In this document: positions 11,803 to 23,953 of the stretch, one piece after another | How the letters are laid out: every line of letters begins with the position of its first letter | Numbering within the stretch: the first letter of the stretch is position 1 | NCBI GenBank assembly: GCA_965645245.1 | Contig: OZ287067.1 | Coordinates: 2,976,001-3,040,000 of the forward strand | Direction of reading: 5' to 3' | From: Massalongia carnosa | Taxonomy: Eukaryota | DNA length: 64,000 nucleotides | Translations under genes and position numbers: made by a program | The notes under the pieces: model-generated | What the model was told of the DNA's origin: nothing | Seen by the model: the letters and a program-made list of their open reading frames with translations, nothing else | Databases searched by the model: none

Positions 11803-12540
11803 CGAGAGGCTTGCAGCCAGCGAAAAGCAGGTCTGCCTAGTTCTGCAGAACGCCCCCCCCCCCTTTCTCCCCAGCCAATTTTTCTCTCTGGTTCCGATAA
11901 TCGGTTTTTAGGATCCAAGGGTCTTTACTATCAAAGGGGCTCTTTGGGTTGTTCTCGAGAGATCATCCCCGGAAAGGGCAAACAGGGCCAGCAATTTGAG
12001 GATAATGGCAAAGCAGGTAGATTGGTGGTGTTGTTATCGTCGTTGCCCGCGTCTGCTTCGTTCTTTGCGGGTGCTGCGTGCGTTTCTTTTTTATCCCCGG
12101 GGTGACAACTAAGCAAAAGCGGATTTTCTTGCAACGAAAACATATGCGTTGTCTTTCGCTTGGGGGAATCCTCGGTCTACCTTGGATGCCATTCACTTGG
12201 AGAAGCGTCACCGTCGCATTCCAGGCGCCCCTCACTTGACGGGGGCATTTTTTTCAGTTTCGGACTCTTACATGACCGATGGCGTAAGGTGATGCTATGA
12301 ACTCGTCAGAGTTCATGTGAGTGTCGATGAGGAAAATTAGAATTTGGAACTCATCCCCTTAATACGAAGTTGGCTATATAGCAAATGATTCATGAAATTG
12401 ACTTCCGAATAGAAACTATAATCAGGCAGCGGGAGGTTATTTTATCTATCGAATGTGGTGTCACGATCTCCTCCTCGTTTCCAGAGACTAGTATCAAAGA
12501 TGAAAACCTGCTAACCCCCTAATTGATGGAAAAAGGCTAT

Positions 12541-13883
12541 TCAAGGCAGATTCACCCCGTTCTGACCAACTCGAAGTGCTTCCATGGCGCGTTCTAAGTC
12601 TTTCTCTTCAACCATGACTGTTCCTGCCCTCGCAGTAGACAAATAGCTCATTTCTATGTTGCCGTCGCCAAGGAGGTTTTTTTTGGAACCTCCCACAAGC
12701 TTGTCGGCAACCCCACAGACGATTCCAGTGGCTTCGGGCGGGAGTGCTTCGAGATCCAAAGTGATTGGAATAAGATAGTCTTCCTTGCTGCCGAGAAGAA
12801 CGTTTTGAGAGCTGAAGTTGGATATCAGCCGCTTCTCTAACAAGAGCGAGGCGGGTTCACCCTCAGTCAACGTAAGACTAAGGAATCTGGGTTGGTGGAT
12901 TAGGCATTTCGTGAGTCCAAGCTGCAGCCCTGCTTCATCAGCGCTAAAGCTGCTGGGATCGTCTCGACGGCCTGCGCATTGTACCAGCCGGATATCTGTC
13001 TCAACCTTGGGAATGATGTTCCGACGCTTGAGCATGGCGAAAGTCCGAGTCTGCAGCTCGGTAAGGTTCGTCGGCGGCGGAGAAATCGGTGAACCGGCCC
13101 CAACCGAGGAGGTAGATGATTTATTCCGGTGATGAGCAGCAGCGGGATTAACGTAAGCCTCTACACCTTTCTCAAATGCAAACCCGCGATCTTCAAGAGC
13201 GCGGACAACCTGACCACGAGACTTGGCAGGAACTAGAATGTAATCCGAAAAGTATGTTGTGATGAAAAATATGGAACTATGCAACGTCAGAGAAGATCAA
13301 TTCAGCATTGCGAGGCTTGAGATCAACCAACATCCCAGCCAAAGCCAAGGGGCTTGTAAGTTCAAGGACCCGCTGGCCTGCTTCTAAACCTTCACCTTCC
13401 ACCGAGATAACCACAAATTCCTCCGAAGAAATCGTGGCTGTCTTGGGCGAGGACTCCGATCCGTCCTTGCTGTGAGTAGGGATGGACTTAAAAACCTTAA
13501 GGGCCAAATCTTTGGAGCAGACCACGGAGCACTCTATCGGCGTCACGGAGACATTCAGGAAAGGATGCCGGTTAGCCCAGGAGGCTTGCGTTTGTGAGTA
13601 CTTATCAATCCCATCTTCTGGGGTTGATTCATATGCCTCAGCAGGAAACAGTAGCTTGAGTATAGAATGCAAATATTGATGATATTGTGCCAAAGGAATA
13701 TGGATCAGGCTTAGCTGAGCGTCCTAAACCACTCCACGCAAATCAGCTCTCTACAGGGTCACCCTAATTACCACAGATAGAAAATCTCGTCGATAGTCCA
13801 CTACTCTCACAAGTGGCAATACACAGATGCAAACTTACAACAAAGTGGATGTGAGCCGACATGAGTGTTAGCGATTGCTCCAT
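12541..13883 (-). CDS. CASTOR/GATS-like ACT-domain protein
   Basis: ATG at 13883 and two introns. Motifs LSLIHIPL, FLNVSVTPIECSVVC, LTSPLALAGISIFFITTYFSDYILVP, GIVCGVA..MSYLSTARAGTVMV resemble tandem CASTOR-type ACT domains. Confidence 0.75.
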
Positions 13884-14752
13884 GACGATGACCTCTGATC
13901 AGCCTCAGATCAAGTTAATTTAGAAAGCTGTTTGATAATAGGTGAAGAGCATTAAAAGAATGTAGGGTGGAATTGTTTTTGAGATGTAGCCCATGGACAG
14001 AAAACAATGAGCGACTGCTCCTCATTCGGGCAGTTCATAGGAGGACGGTAGAAGGTGAATCTTATGCCTTGCATCCCCAGTTGCTTCATGCAGCGGTTTC
14101 TTCAACAAACAAACAAAAAACCTCGACGACAGATGGCGAATCGCAATTCGAAACAGTAACGCTGAAGGCTAGGTAGGAGACGGCGATTGTATCACCGCAA
14201 CCCGGGTAAGAAAGGCAACGTTCTCAACTGGCCATGTGCATGAAGATTTCTAGGGCAGAGGAATGACGAGGGCCAAACGTCTCGTGAGCGAATGAACAAT
14301 GACGAGGTTGTGGAAGGGTGATAAGAGATGATGAAATGATGGAAGAAAAGGACAGATCAGAGACAGATGGAGCGACAGCAACAAATCAACCTACTTGGAC
14401 TTGAAAATCGCAAGAATAGTACAGAGTAAGGCAATCAATCTGGAGGTCGTCTGTGCTTAGCATATGCAAAGCATATGCAACATGATGCAAAGGGTATGCC
14501 GCTGCGGTGCAAGCTACTGCAGTGTGGGGTACTTGAACTCGACCTTAAGTGTGTCTGGGCGGAGAGCAGCCGACGAACCTGCGAGTTGAATCCCACTTGG
14601 CCTTCCTCCGTACGCTTGACCAAGGATCTCTCGGCGTGTGGGGGAGTGGTGGTGAATTGGTGTTCGTTGATCGACTGAATCTGATGGCTCTAAATTCCAG
14701 AGAAGAAAGCAGAAGGAAGAATAAGGCATGGAATCCACCGTAAGGATGGTGG

Positions 14753-15437
14753 ACAGAGTACAGAGTAACTACATTGCTCCCTTCAACACCGTCCATGTAT
14801 TAGTTTCCCCGGGTATGTCGATTTCCACTTGGAACTCCGATGATCGGCCGATTTATGACAGGCTGTAATCAGGCGAAGAAAATACTTCTTACGTAGGTAC
14901 ATCACTTCGGAATGGTCAGTAGCTGCAGAGTACAGAGAACAGAGAACAGAGTACAGAGTGAAGAAAGAAAGGGACGGCTGTTTCCATCATGAATTGCGTA
15001 ATTGATGTGGGCGTGCTGGGCGTCCATTCTCTCCTTCTGCCCGAGCAGCCCTGGTGATCACCAGAGTACTCTGTACAGCATTTAGTGAGAGCACGTTGGA
15101 GCACTTGCGTTCCGAGCTCTGTACGCTGTGCTCTGTACGCTGTAACTATTCTGTACGCTGGGCTCTGTACGCCGTCCTTACCTAGGTACCCGTTAGCCTT
15201 AATACTTTAGCTTTTAGATACGCTTCCACGAAACGACTCTGGCGGATGAAACCGTACACCAGGTGTGATCACGATGGGGTACAAAATGTTCATGTCCAAT
15301 GACTGACCAACACGGAGGCATGTGATGGGCTGTAGCTTGGATTTGGTACTCTAAGGAGGTAGCTTCATTTATACGTTTGGCATCTGCCCCCCCTATTCCG
15401 TCCGAGGATGCAGTGTGACGGTACAGAGTACAAAGTA
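14753..15437. repeat. Cluster of 7-bp periodic (TA-CNNNG)n arrays
   Basis: CAGAG-TA-CAGAG-TA (14754-14767); CAGAG-TA-CAGAG-AA-CAGAG-AA-CAGAG-TA-CAGAG (14926-14958); CTCTG-TA-CGCTG-TG-CTCTG-TA-CGCTG-TA (15117-15144); TA-CAGAG-TA-CAAAG-TA (15422-15437). Confidence 0.75.
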
Positions 15438-15895
15438 CACACGCGGTATCAATACGCCGTATGCCACCCGGCGTTAGACACTGCTTCACCCACTCTCCTC
15501 ATCGCTTTTGCATCCCTCTTCCATTTCCATTTAACTGTAATGTCTTTGCAAAGCGGCGACACCCATGAAGCAGCTCGGGCAAGGAGTGCGCAGCAAGGAT
15601 GCAACTTGTTCAAAAGTCCGGGCTTTACGCACCCAGCATATGCAGAGCTCCGTCATGGATGCAGTGGGTAAGGTACAGTCTCACCGGCAAGCTGTAAGGA
15701 ATCCTTGATACGCTTCTTTGCATCATCCATCAAAAACATCGCCCCCCACGTCGTTTCCCTTACCCCACATTGCCCGAGATCCCCTCAAGGGACACCTATT
15801 CCCAGCATCAATGGTCCAGGCACTAGCGCATGCCTTCTGACCCGGCCATACACAAGTGGCCATCTCATGTCGACTGGAGCCGATGAATGTTGATA

Positions 15896-16239
15896 CAGTC
15901 CACCTTGGTTATTAACGAGTTTGTTTTTCCATACGGTCAGATCGTTATAAGCAGAATATCGTTACAGTCAAATAACACTAATACAAAACGAGAGATTAGC
16001 AGCATACTGGTTTATCTTATCAGAACCACTCTAATGAGCAGCTACTATACTATAGCTTTATTAACTTCAAAAATCGGCTTAGTACTAGTATACTTTCGTG
16101 CTAAAACGATTACATCAAAATAACCAAAGAATTACTAACGATATCGGAATAAAGAAGTTATTGTTATTTATCTGAGTAATCAATTCGCTAAAACCAGAAT
16201 ATCGTTACAGCCAAAACTGTTATAAGCCAGGATTAACTG
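15896..16239. mobile_element. pogo/Tigger-like MITE
   Basis: TA-CAGTCCACCTTGGTTATTAAC ... GTTATAAGCCAGGATTAACTG-TA imperfect TIRs; internal 21-bp direct repeat CAGAATATCGTTACAGYCAAA (15952-15972, 16195-16215); AT- and TpA-rich, no convincing ORF. Confidence 0.7.
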
Positions 16240-16554
16240 TACATGGACAGGCTGGTTAGCAGAACAACGCCATTCTTCCGCTTCGAATCCAGATACCCTG
16301 GTAGGCGCATGCTAGCTCTGTTTTAGAATAAAGTTACATTTCAACGAGAACGCTTTGCACGACAGAAGTGATTGGTTCGGATAAATCTATGTCATATTCT
16401 GTCCATAGCTTCATTACCACCCCCCGCCTTGGCTAAGCATTGTTGCTCTGCCGTCACTCACTAGATGTTGGGGACGTTGAGGTAGAATCTTCATGAGATT
16501 GAATGTTAGATCCGCTAAACTGCTACTCCGGATGTTCGGGTGCTAGCGCTGCCC

Positions 16555-18281
16555 CTATGCGTTATGACCGGTTGGCATCTGACCTTGACCTTGTGGCAGC
16601 GACGTTGGTGATGAAGACGAAAGAATTGCAGAGAAAGACTTCCTTGCTGATGGCAGATTTGAATGCTGGGCAAGAGAAGGGGGTGGCGGTGGGGGGGGGG
16701 GCCATGGCCCTCGGTAATTTGGTGGAGGAGGCGGGATCGGAAGTCCACCAGATGTAAGTGGGAAATCTGGGTGGAACGTCTGCAGAAATGGCGGTGGTGA
16801 CAGCCCAGGCATATCTTGGCCAGAAGGGATCGGTGGAGGTAACGGAAGCATTGTGGAAGATTGATGCTGATTAAGAACAGGTACATTTGGCGGAGGTGAG
16901 TATGAGTTTGAGCTTGAGGTTGACACTGATCTTGACCTTATCGGAGACCTGGCGCGGTACCTGAGCTGTTTCGTGTTTTTGATTGACCACTTGTCCCTAG
17001 ATACGCTACCTGAGCGTGAGCGAGGCTCTGTATTTATTTCGTAATGCGAAAATCGTTTTGGTTCGGCTAAGTTAGACCGAGATGGCGTCGGAGATCTTGA
17101 TCGACCTCTATCCCAACCTCTACTGCTTTCCGAGGAGCTATACCTCCTTCGCTTACGGGGACTCCTTCGCTCCTCATCTCTTCTAATTTTGCCTATCAGC
17201 TGAACGCTGTTGCCGGGGGCCTTATGCCTTCTCTTCATTTTCTCACAAAATACCCTGGACCATCCATAGTAACCCTCACCCTGAAGGAGATCGCCAGTCA
17301 TTGCATCCCGAATGACAACACTTCCCAACTCGTCTATATCCCAACGGTTTTCATCGCCATTTGGCTGTTTCTCATTTTGATTTACGTCCTTCAGGAATTC
17401 CTTGAGAGCAATGACTAAGGTCCCTTCAGCGGCCCCTGAGACAAACTGCAGAGGTTTCATATACTGGGGGTTTATCGGATTTGCCAGGTTTGGGATAATA
17501 TGAGGCATCATGTTACCAGCTGGAAGATCGTAGTAAGGGGTAGAAATATCTCCATGTGACGATGGCATAATATACGGAGCGTTGACAGTTTGATTATTTG
17601 ATCCCTCGTGCACCTGACTTGAGTACTTTGGTGATCCTATGCAACGACTGCTAAGCGAGCTAGCTACGGTCTCTCGTAGCTTTTGTATATATGGAGGATC
17701 AAAATAGTCTCTTTCCGTCCAAAGATTCAGAAGCTCCTGAATCTTCTTGTGGTGATTCTTAAACTTCTTGACATTGTACGCAGATGCAATCCGAGTTAAG
17801 TCGATCAAGTAGGACCTAAGACTCGTCGTTAAAATGGAATGAGGCAAGGGCGATTCTAGATGATATTTGCTATGGTGAAGGACATCGTTTAGAAGGTACA
17901 AGATGCGAAGCTGTTTCCGTCGACTTCCTCGTCTACTTTGATCATCTGACTTCAGTGTTTTTTCTTCCCCAAAGGTTTCAAGTGGCACAGATAGCACCAT
18001 CAGGTACTTTCCGAACGTGGTGATCCTAGCAGCGGACGATATGATATTCCTCAACACCCACTCCTTGCAACGCTGTCCGCACACTCGCATTTAGCCATCT
18101 CATCATATCACCAGTGATTCAGTCTTCAAACCTGGATGTTGCCTGGCGAGCATTTGCGCAGCATAGATTCAAGCAAAGCATGAAACTCGGTGATTTCCGT
18201 CCCAGGAACCACGATCGGATCCGGCCTCATCATGGCCGCAGCAAAGGACGCCTTGGCGATTGCCAGAGAGTGTGTCGCCAT
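16555..18281 (-). CDS. CID (RNA Pol II CTD-interacting) domain protein with RS-rich and Pro-rich tail
   Basis: ATG at 18281 (MATHSLAIAKASF), intron at 18073-18131, then CKEWVLRNI..RRKQLRILYLLNDVLHH..LLNLW, PYYDLPAGNM, GEGYYGWSRVFC, RS repeats and polyproline. Confidence 0.8.
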
Positions 18282-18430
18282 GACTGCCAACGAATGGATA
18301 TCAAGTTTTCAAAGAAAAGCGGACAATCCAAAGCCGTCAAGGTTGTGAGGTGAAGAATGCAGAAAAGTATTAACAACTCCTTGAGCCAATCAGAGTTGTT
18401 TTGCCCCCTAGCGCGATAGCATCGTATCCC

Positions 18431-18538
18431 TGAATTGGCACCCCCTTCCAGACTAACCAGATCAGGCTTGATAAATTTAATAACTTTAGAGCTGATATTA
18501 AGCCTAATCTAGTTAGTCTAGAAGGAGGTGCCAATTCA
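18431..18538. repeat. 108-bp fold-back element (43-bp inverted arms), MITE-like
   Basis: Arms 18431-18473 and 18496-18538 match at 38/43 positions around a 22-nt AT-rich spacer. Confidence 0.85.
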
Positions 18539-19859
18539 CCAGCGAAAAGGATACCTAACTACTATTTCGGTCGTTAATACTGCATAACGTCATTTATGTC
18601 GTTTTTATATAAAACCCTTCACGTTTCATTTTCATCATCTTGAACTGAACCCAAGATATCCGAATAAAAAGCAAATTTCTTTGCGTAGCTATCGCTAACT
18701 TATGGGGTGCACTCTTTTGTTACGCTAATACTCCCCACTATAGATGCTGCTAAATCCTTCCTGGAGGAAGTGCTCAAACGTCCAAGAAAGCAAGTAAAAC
18801 AGTTCACATTTTTACATAGAAAATGACGGTTTATCGCATGTCTCTAAGGGTTATCTATCAGTGCAACCAGACAATCGTTACACGTTTACCTCCATCGAGA
18901 CCTTTCATGATAACCCTGCTTGACCCGTCTGCCACCTCCCCTCATCCCCGTTGCTCTTCCCGCCATGCCCGCTCACCTCCATCGCCTTTTTTTTCCCCTC
19001 TAGTATTCTTCGCGCCAGTTTGCATTCTCCACATAATGTGAGAATATTGAGGGGCCCCGTCAAGCAGAGAATAAATGGTGAAGGATGGAAAGGGAAACGG
19101 AAAACCAGACATATAGTTAAATGCTAATACCAAGAATTTGGAAAATCTAGTAAGATGAAAGGTATAAATAGCAGCCCCCTCCTCGGCGGAGGAGGAGAGA
19201 ACGTAGCAGCAGCAACTGTAGGATTTAATGATAAGAAAGGACAGTAATGTAAAGATAGCAGCATCTTATTCGCTTACATTAGTGATCATTACGGTCAAAG
19301 GCCTCAGTTAGTGTAGAGATGAGTAACTCAACAGACAGACAGTTTATAGTGATAGTCTCTGTTAAGATACTGAGGTAGACGCTGTTGACATCATGAAAGG
19401 AAGAAGGATAACTAGATTTGTATGACTGGGGTAAACCTTGCCTCCTTCCAAAATGGCTGTCACTTAATGACGAACTGCCGTCTAGGGGAACTAGAAATAA
19501 ACCAACATCCTTTCTCATCAAGGAAACGCTCTGCTTTTAATAATTAGTAAAGTGACGCGGTCAAATTTAATTGATTCTTCGAAACGCTACTGTAGAGAGA
19601 CAATGATAACGTACAGTAGGTATCAAAGAATAAACCAGATGACCTTGAAGGACGGGTTACACGCACAGGGCTTCAGAGGTTATTTTTTCTTCACGCGTGT
19701 TGCTCCAAAGAGACCAAAACATAATCTTTTCCCAAGATCCGAGCGGCCAACGACGATGGCGATCTTGGACAGGGAACCTCAGCTAAATCCTAGCTTCCAT
19801 AGATTTTATCCGTGGAATGGCTTGCTGAGCTAAGGTATAACTACTTCAGAACGGATTGC

Positions 19860-20363
19860 CTAGCTAAACCTGTCCCCCTTCCTGGCTCGAAATGGTTCGC
19901 TGGCTTCATATTTACTTCGTTCCCGAGGTTTCTTCACATCCTTCTCAGGAGCGTGCATGGTCGGCGCAGGGTCGAGGCTGACCTCACTGCTTGGAATCCC
20001 AGCGTGGCCGTCTGTCCGACGATAGCTATCATTGTTTGTTGGCTGTCTCGAACTGAACTCGAGAGATTCAGAAAGACGTCGCCGTTTTAGTTCGGCTTCG
20101 TGACGAGCCTTCCTCTCCGCATTAACGGAACGTTTGGCGAAGTAGTATGCGCCGCCGCCAGCTAGAGGAAATCTAAGTCCTGGACGGAGAGTGTGGAAAT
20201 GACCGAGTCCTACCAACAATAAGGGTACTCCAGCCGTACCTAACCGAGTCAAATCAAAAACCGCATATTTAGAGATCTCTATGAATTGCTCACCAAGTGG
20301 AACGTATCTGCTTCGATTAATATATTATTGCGTCTTTTTCAGCGGATGCCTCACCGTGTTCAT
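19860..20363 (-). CDS. Small protein, DUF4748-like (N-terminal hydrophobic segment)
   Basis: Three short exons (9, 14 and 26 nt) plus a last exon splice to MNTIRSTWYGWSTLIVAGGGAYYFAKRSVNAERKARHE..SKYEASEPFRARKGDRFS. Confidence 0.8.
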
Positions 20364-20517
20364 TTGTATAATTTTATCCAAACACCACAGATGATCTGGT
20401 CTGTTGGTGCTTTATACTGGATGTCTGAAGCTTGCATAGGTTTGTTCCCAAGGGATGATCTGACAGCCGAAATGCGCGTTACAGGGAGTTTGTGTTCATA
20501 AAACTATGCGCAAAGTA

Positions 20518-20722
20518 TACGGAGGACTCTGTACAGATGTAGAGATGCGGAGTGCCGAGTACAGAGCACGATACTCTGTCCTGTGTAGAGAGGATGTTGT
20601 GACGAAAAGGCAAAATGGCTTCGGCAACGCGCATTAGCGTTCCTTACTCCCACTGAATCGCTTTATGCATGCGCATCGTAGTCTTGAGATAACTTTGTGT
20701 GCGACTTACTCCGTACAGAGTA
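20518..20722. repeat. (TA-CNNNG)n arrays in a divergent promoter
   Basis: TA-CGGAG-GA-CTCTG-TA..TG-CGGAG-TG-CCGAG-TA-CAGAG (20518-20576) and TA-CTCCG-TA-CAGAG-TA (20707-20722). Confidence 0.65.
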
Positions 20723-20825
20723 CTTTTCCAACCAAAACTGATTCAATCGCAAGCCCATACTGCAAGTCTCATAACTTTTGCTAGATTCAATTATCTATCC
20801 GGCATGTGCCTGCCTGTCGCTGAGT

Positions 20826-23648
20826 ATGAAGACGGATTTTCACGCAGGATTCCCAGATCGTCACAATACCTGTGAAATGCTGACAATGCTAACAGTTTTC
20901 CAATCTCCTTGGAACAGTCTACTGCACGGGCAATCTTCTCTTCAATCCCGAAGGAACCTGTTTGCTCTCTCCTGTCGGCAATCGAGTGACTGTATTTGAC
21001 TTGATCAAGTGAGTAAAAGGTTGCTTTTCGATATTTTAATCTTTAGTGTCATGTTTAACATTGGCACATTCAGTAATAAGTCATTTACGCTTCCTTTTTC
21101 ACATCGCCGTAATATCTCTTGTCTAGCTTTATCGCCGTGCGGAAATCTTTTACTCACGGTTGATGACGACGGACGAGCCATTCTTACCAATTTTCATCGC
21201 CGTCTTCCACTGCATTATTTTTCTTTCAAGGGTGTTGTTACGACCCTAGTGTTTTCACCATCAGGACGCCATTTTGCAGTTGGGCTAGGACGTGCTGTGC
21301 AAATATGGCACGCCCCTTCCATCCCAGGAAATGATTCAGAAGAAGGCCTTGACTTCGCGGCCTTCATCTTGCATAAAGTGCACGTAGGACATCATGATAC
21401 CGTTCAACACCTGGAGTGGTCGACCGATTCCCGCTTCCTTCTTAGCGCCTCCAAGGATCTGACAGCGAGGATATGGAACCTCAACCATGATCAAGATTTC
21501 ATTCACACCAGTCTAGCAGGTCATCGGGAAGGCCTTATCGGAGCATGGTTTTCAGAGAACCAAGAAACGGTTTGATTGAACTAGCCCTACGACCAGCTGA
21601 AGTAACGCTAAGTTATCCCCTTAGATATTCACTGTCAGCCAAGATGGTGCGCTTTTTCAATGGCGTTATGGTAGAGAGCCAGTTGCAGAACGAGATTCTG
21701 CCGAGTCTGAAATCGAAGACTCGGTCTACCGTTGGAAGATCGTCCAGCGTCATTTTTTCATGCAGTCGAATGCAAAGGTTAAATGCGCTGCATATCACGC
21801 TGCATCGAACCTACTTGTTGTTGGTTTCTCAAATGGTATATTCGGCCTCTACGAATTGCCTGCTTTTAACCTGATACACACCCTGAGGTAAGTGGGTCAT
21901 GGTAAAGTATCGTCACAAGACGCTAATGTGTCACAAGTATATCTCAAAACGATATAGACTACGTGAGCATCAACAAATCAGGAGAGTGGCTGGCATTTGG
22001 AGCATCCAAGCTGGGGCAGTTACTGGTATGGGAGTGGCAATCAGAGACGTATGTACTTAAGCAACAGGGTCATTTTGATGCCCTGAATGCGCTCGCGTAT
22101 TCTCCAGATGGTCAGCGTATCGTCACCGCTGCAGACGATGGAAAAATCAAAGTATGGGATACACTCTCGGGATTTTGTATTGTGACGTTTACTGAGCATT
22201 CGGGCGGCGTCACGGCGTGTGAGTTTGCTAGAAGAGGGAATGTTCTATTTAGCGCAAGTCTTGACGGGTCCGTTAGAGCCTGGGATTTAACCCGATATCG
22301 AAATTTCAGGACGTTTGCTTCACCAACACGTCTCTCGTTTTCTAGCATGGCCGTTGATCCAAGTGGCGAAGTGGTGTGTGCGGGTTCTCTCGATTCTTTC
22401 GACATCCACATTTGGTCGGTACAAACAGGTCAGCTCTTGGACCAACTATCGGGGCACGAAGGTCCAGTCACGTCGTTGGAATTTGCGCCTTCGGGAGTGG
22501 CTCTGATTAGTGGTAGTTGGGACCATACGATCCGAGTCTGGAGTATCTTTGGGCGAAGCCAAACTAGCGAGCCCCTGCAATTACAAGCCGATGTTCTGCG
22601 AATTGCAATCCGTCCAGATTCGAAGCAGATAGCCGTTGCGACTGTGGATGGACAACTCACGTTTTGGTCCGTCTCAGAAGGCAGCCAAGAAGCCGGTGTG
22701 GATGGCCGTCGCGATATTTCCGGAGGTCGTAAACTCACCGACCGGCGAACGGCCGCAAAAGCATCCGGAACAAAAGCCTATAGCGCTTTGGCGTATAGTT
22801 TGGATGGCAGCTATATTATTGCCAGCGGAAACTCGAAGTATATCTGCCTTTACAACGTACAATCAGGCGTTCTGGTCAAGAAATTCGTTGTTTCGGTCAA
22901 TCTCTCGTTGGACGGCACCCAGGAGTTTCTAAATAGCAGGAACTTGACGGAATCTGGCCCAGCAGGCTTGATAGACACCCAAGGAGAAGCGTCTGATCTT
23001 GAGGACCGCATTGATCGCACAATGCCGGGCTCCAAGTACAGAACTATGCCTCAAGGGCGCACAAAAGCTGAGGTGCGTATCTCGGCCCTCGCGTTCTCCC
23101 CTACAGGAAGGTCTTTCTGCGCGGCGTCAACCGAGGGCTTGTTGGTCTACACGCTTGAGAACACCCTTCAATTCGATCCTTTTAACCTGGAAATCTCCAT
23201 TACCCCCGCCAGCACTCTCCAGACTATAATCGAGAAAGACTACCTTCGCGGGCTCGTCATGGCCTTTCGTCTCAATGAGAACACACTGATTCGTCAGGCC
23301 TACGAGCATGTCCCACCCGAAAACGTCGCGCTCGTGGTGAAGGACCTACCTACTCTATATCTAGTCTCGCTTCTTAGATTTGTGGCTCGTGAGAGCGACG
23401 AGAGCCCTCATCTCGAGTTTAATCTCTGCTGGATCGAAGCCTTGTTGACGATCCATGGTCAATATTTAAAAGATCATGCTCTGTCTTTTTCCACAGAACT
23501 CAGAACAATCAAGAAGGCAGTTACTAAAATCCATGCGAATTTAGAGCGAATGACAGACGAAAACATTTATGTGATAGACTATCTCCTGTCACAGCCCGCT
23601 GTGCCAATAGAAACTCACCGTAACACAAAGATGACGCTTAAAGAGTAA
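20826..23648 (+). CDS. PWP2: Periodic tryptophan protein 2 (Utp1), SSU processome WD40 protein
   Basis: MKTDFH|FSNLLGTVYC.GNL..SPVGNRVTVFDL, KLGQLLVWEWQSETYVLKQQGH, RAWDLTRYRNFRTF, C-terminal Utp12-like region (PHLEFNLCW). The first intron is GC-AG. Confidence 0.96.
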
Positions 23649-23953
23649 TGGTAATAAGCACAACCACCTGAGACTTGCTGAAGACATAGAACTCAATTGG
23701 CTTGGTGTTGGCGTAGATAACGATAAGGATGTCTCTACATGATAGTTATAGAAAGGTTAACAAGTAAACGTCCTTCTAGGATCGAAAGTTTGGTTTTTGT
23801 ACTTGTACAATACACGCTATTCAACTTGGCCGCAATGAATTCCTTTTAAGGGAAGAAAAGGGGCAAAGTCATCACGGGCCTCCTCACCGCAGTAGTCCGA
23901 ACTCAAGAGAAACTCGATAGCATATGTAGAATAACTCATGAATGAAACTCGAT

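Noticed and set aside
11920..12310. Possible structured ncRNA between convergent genes (short hairpins such as ATGAACTC-GTCA-GAGTTCAT)
   Set aside because: I found no snRNA, snoRNA box, tRNA or RNase P/MRP signature; short stems are expected by chance.
18540..19620. AT- and TpA-rich tract that may be an old RIP-degraded repeat
   Set aside because: No termini, TSD or recognisable protein remnant found.
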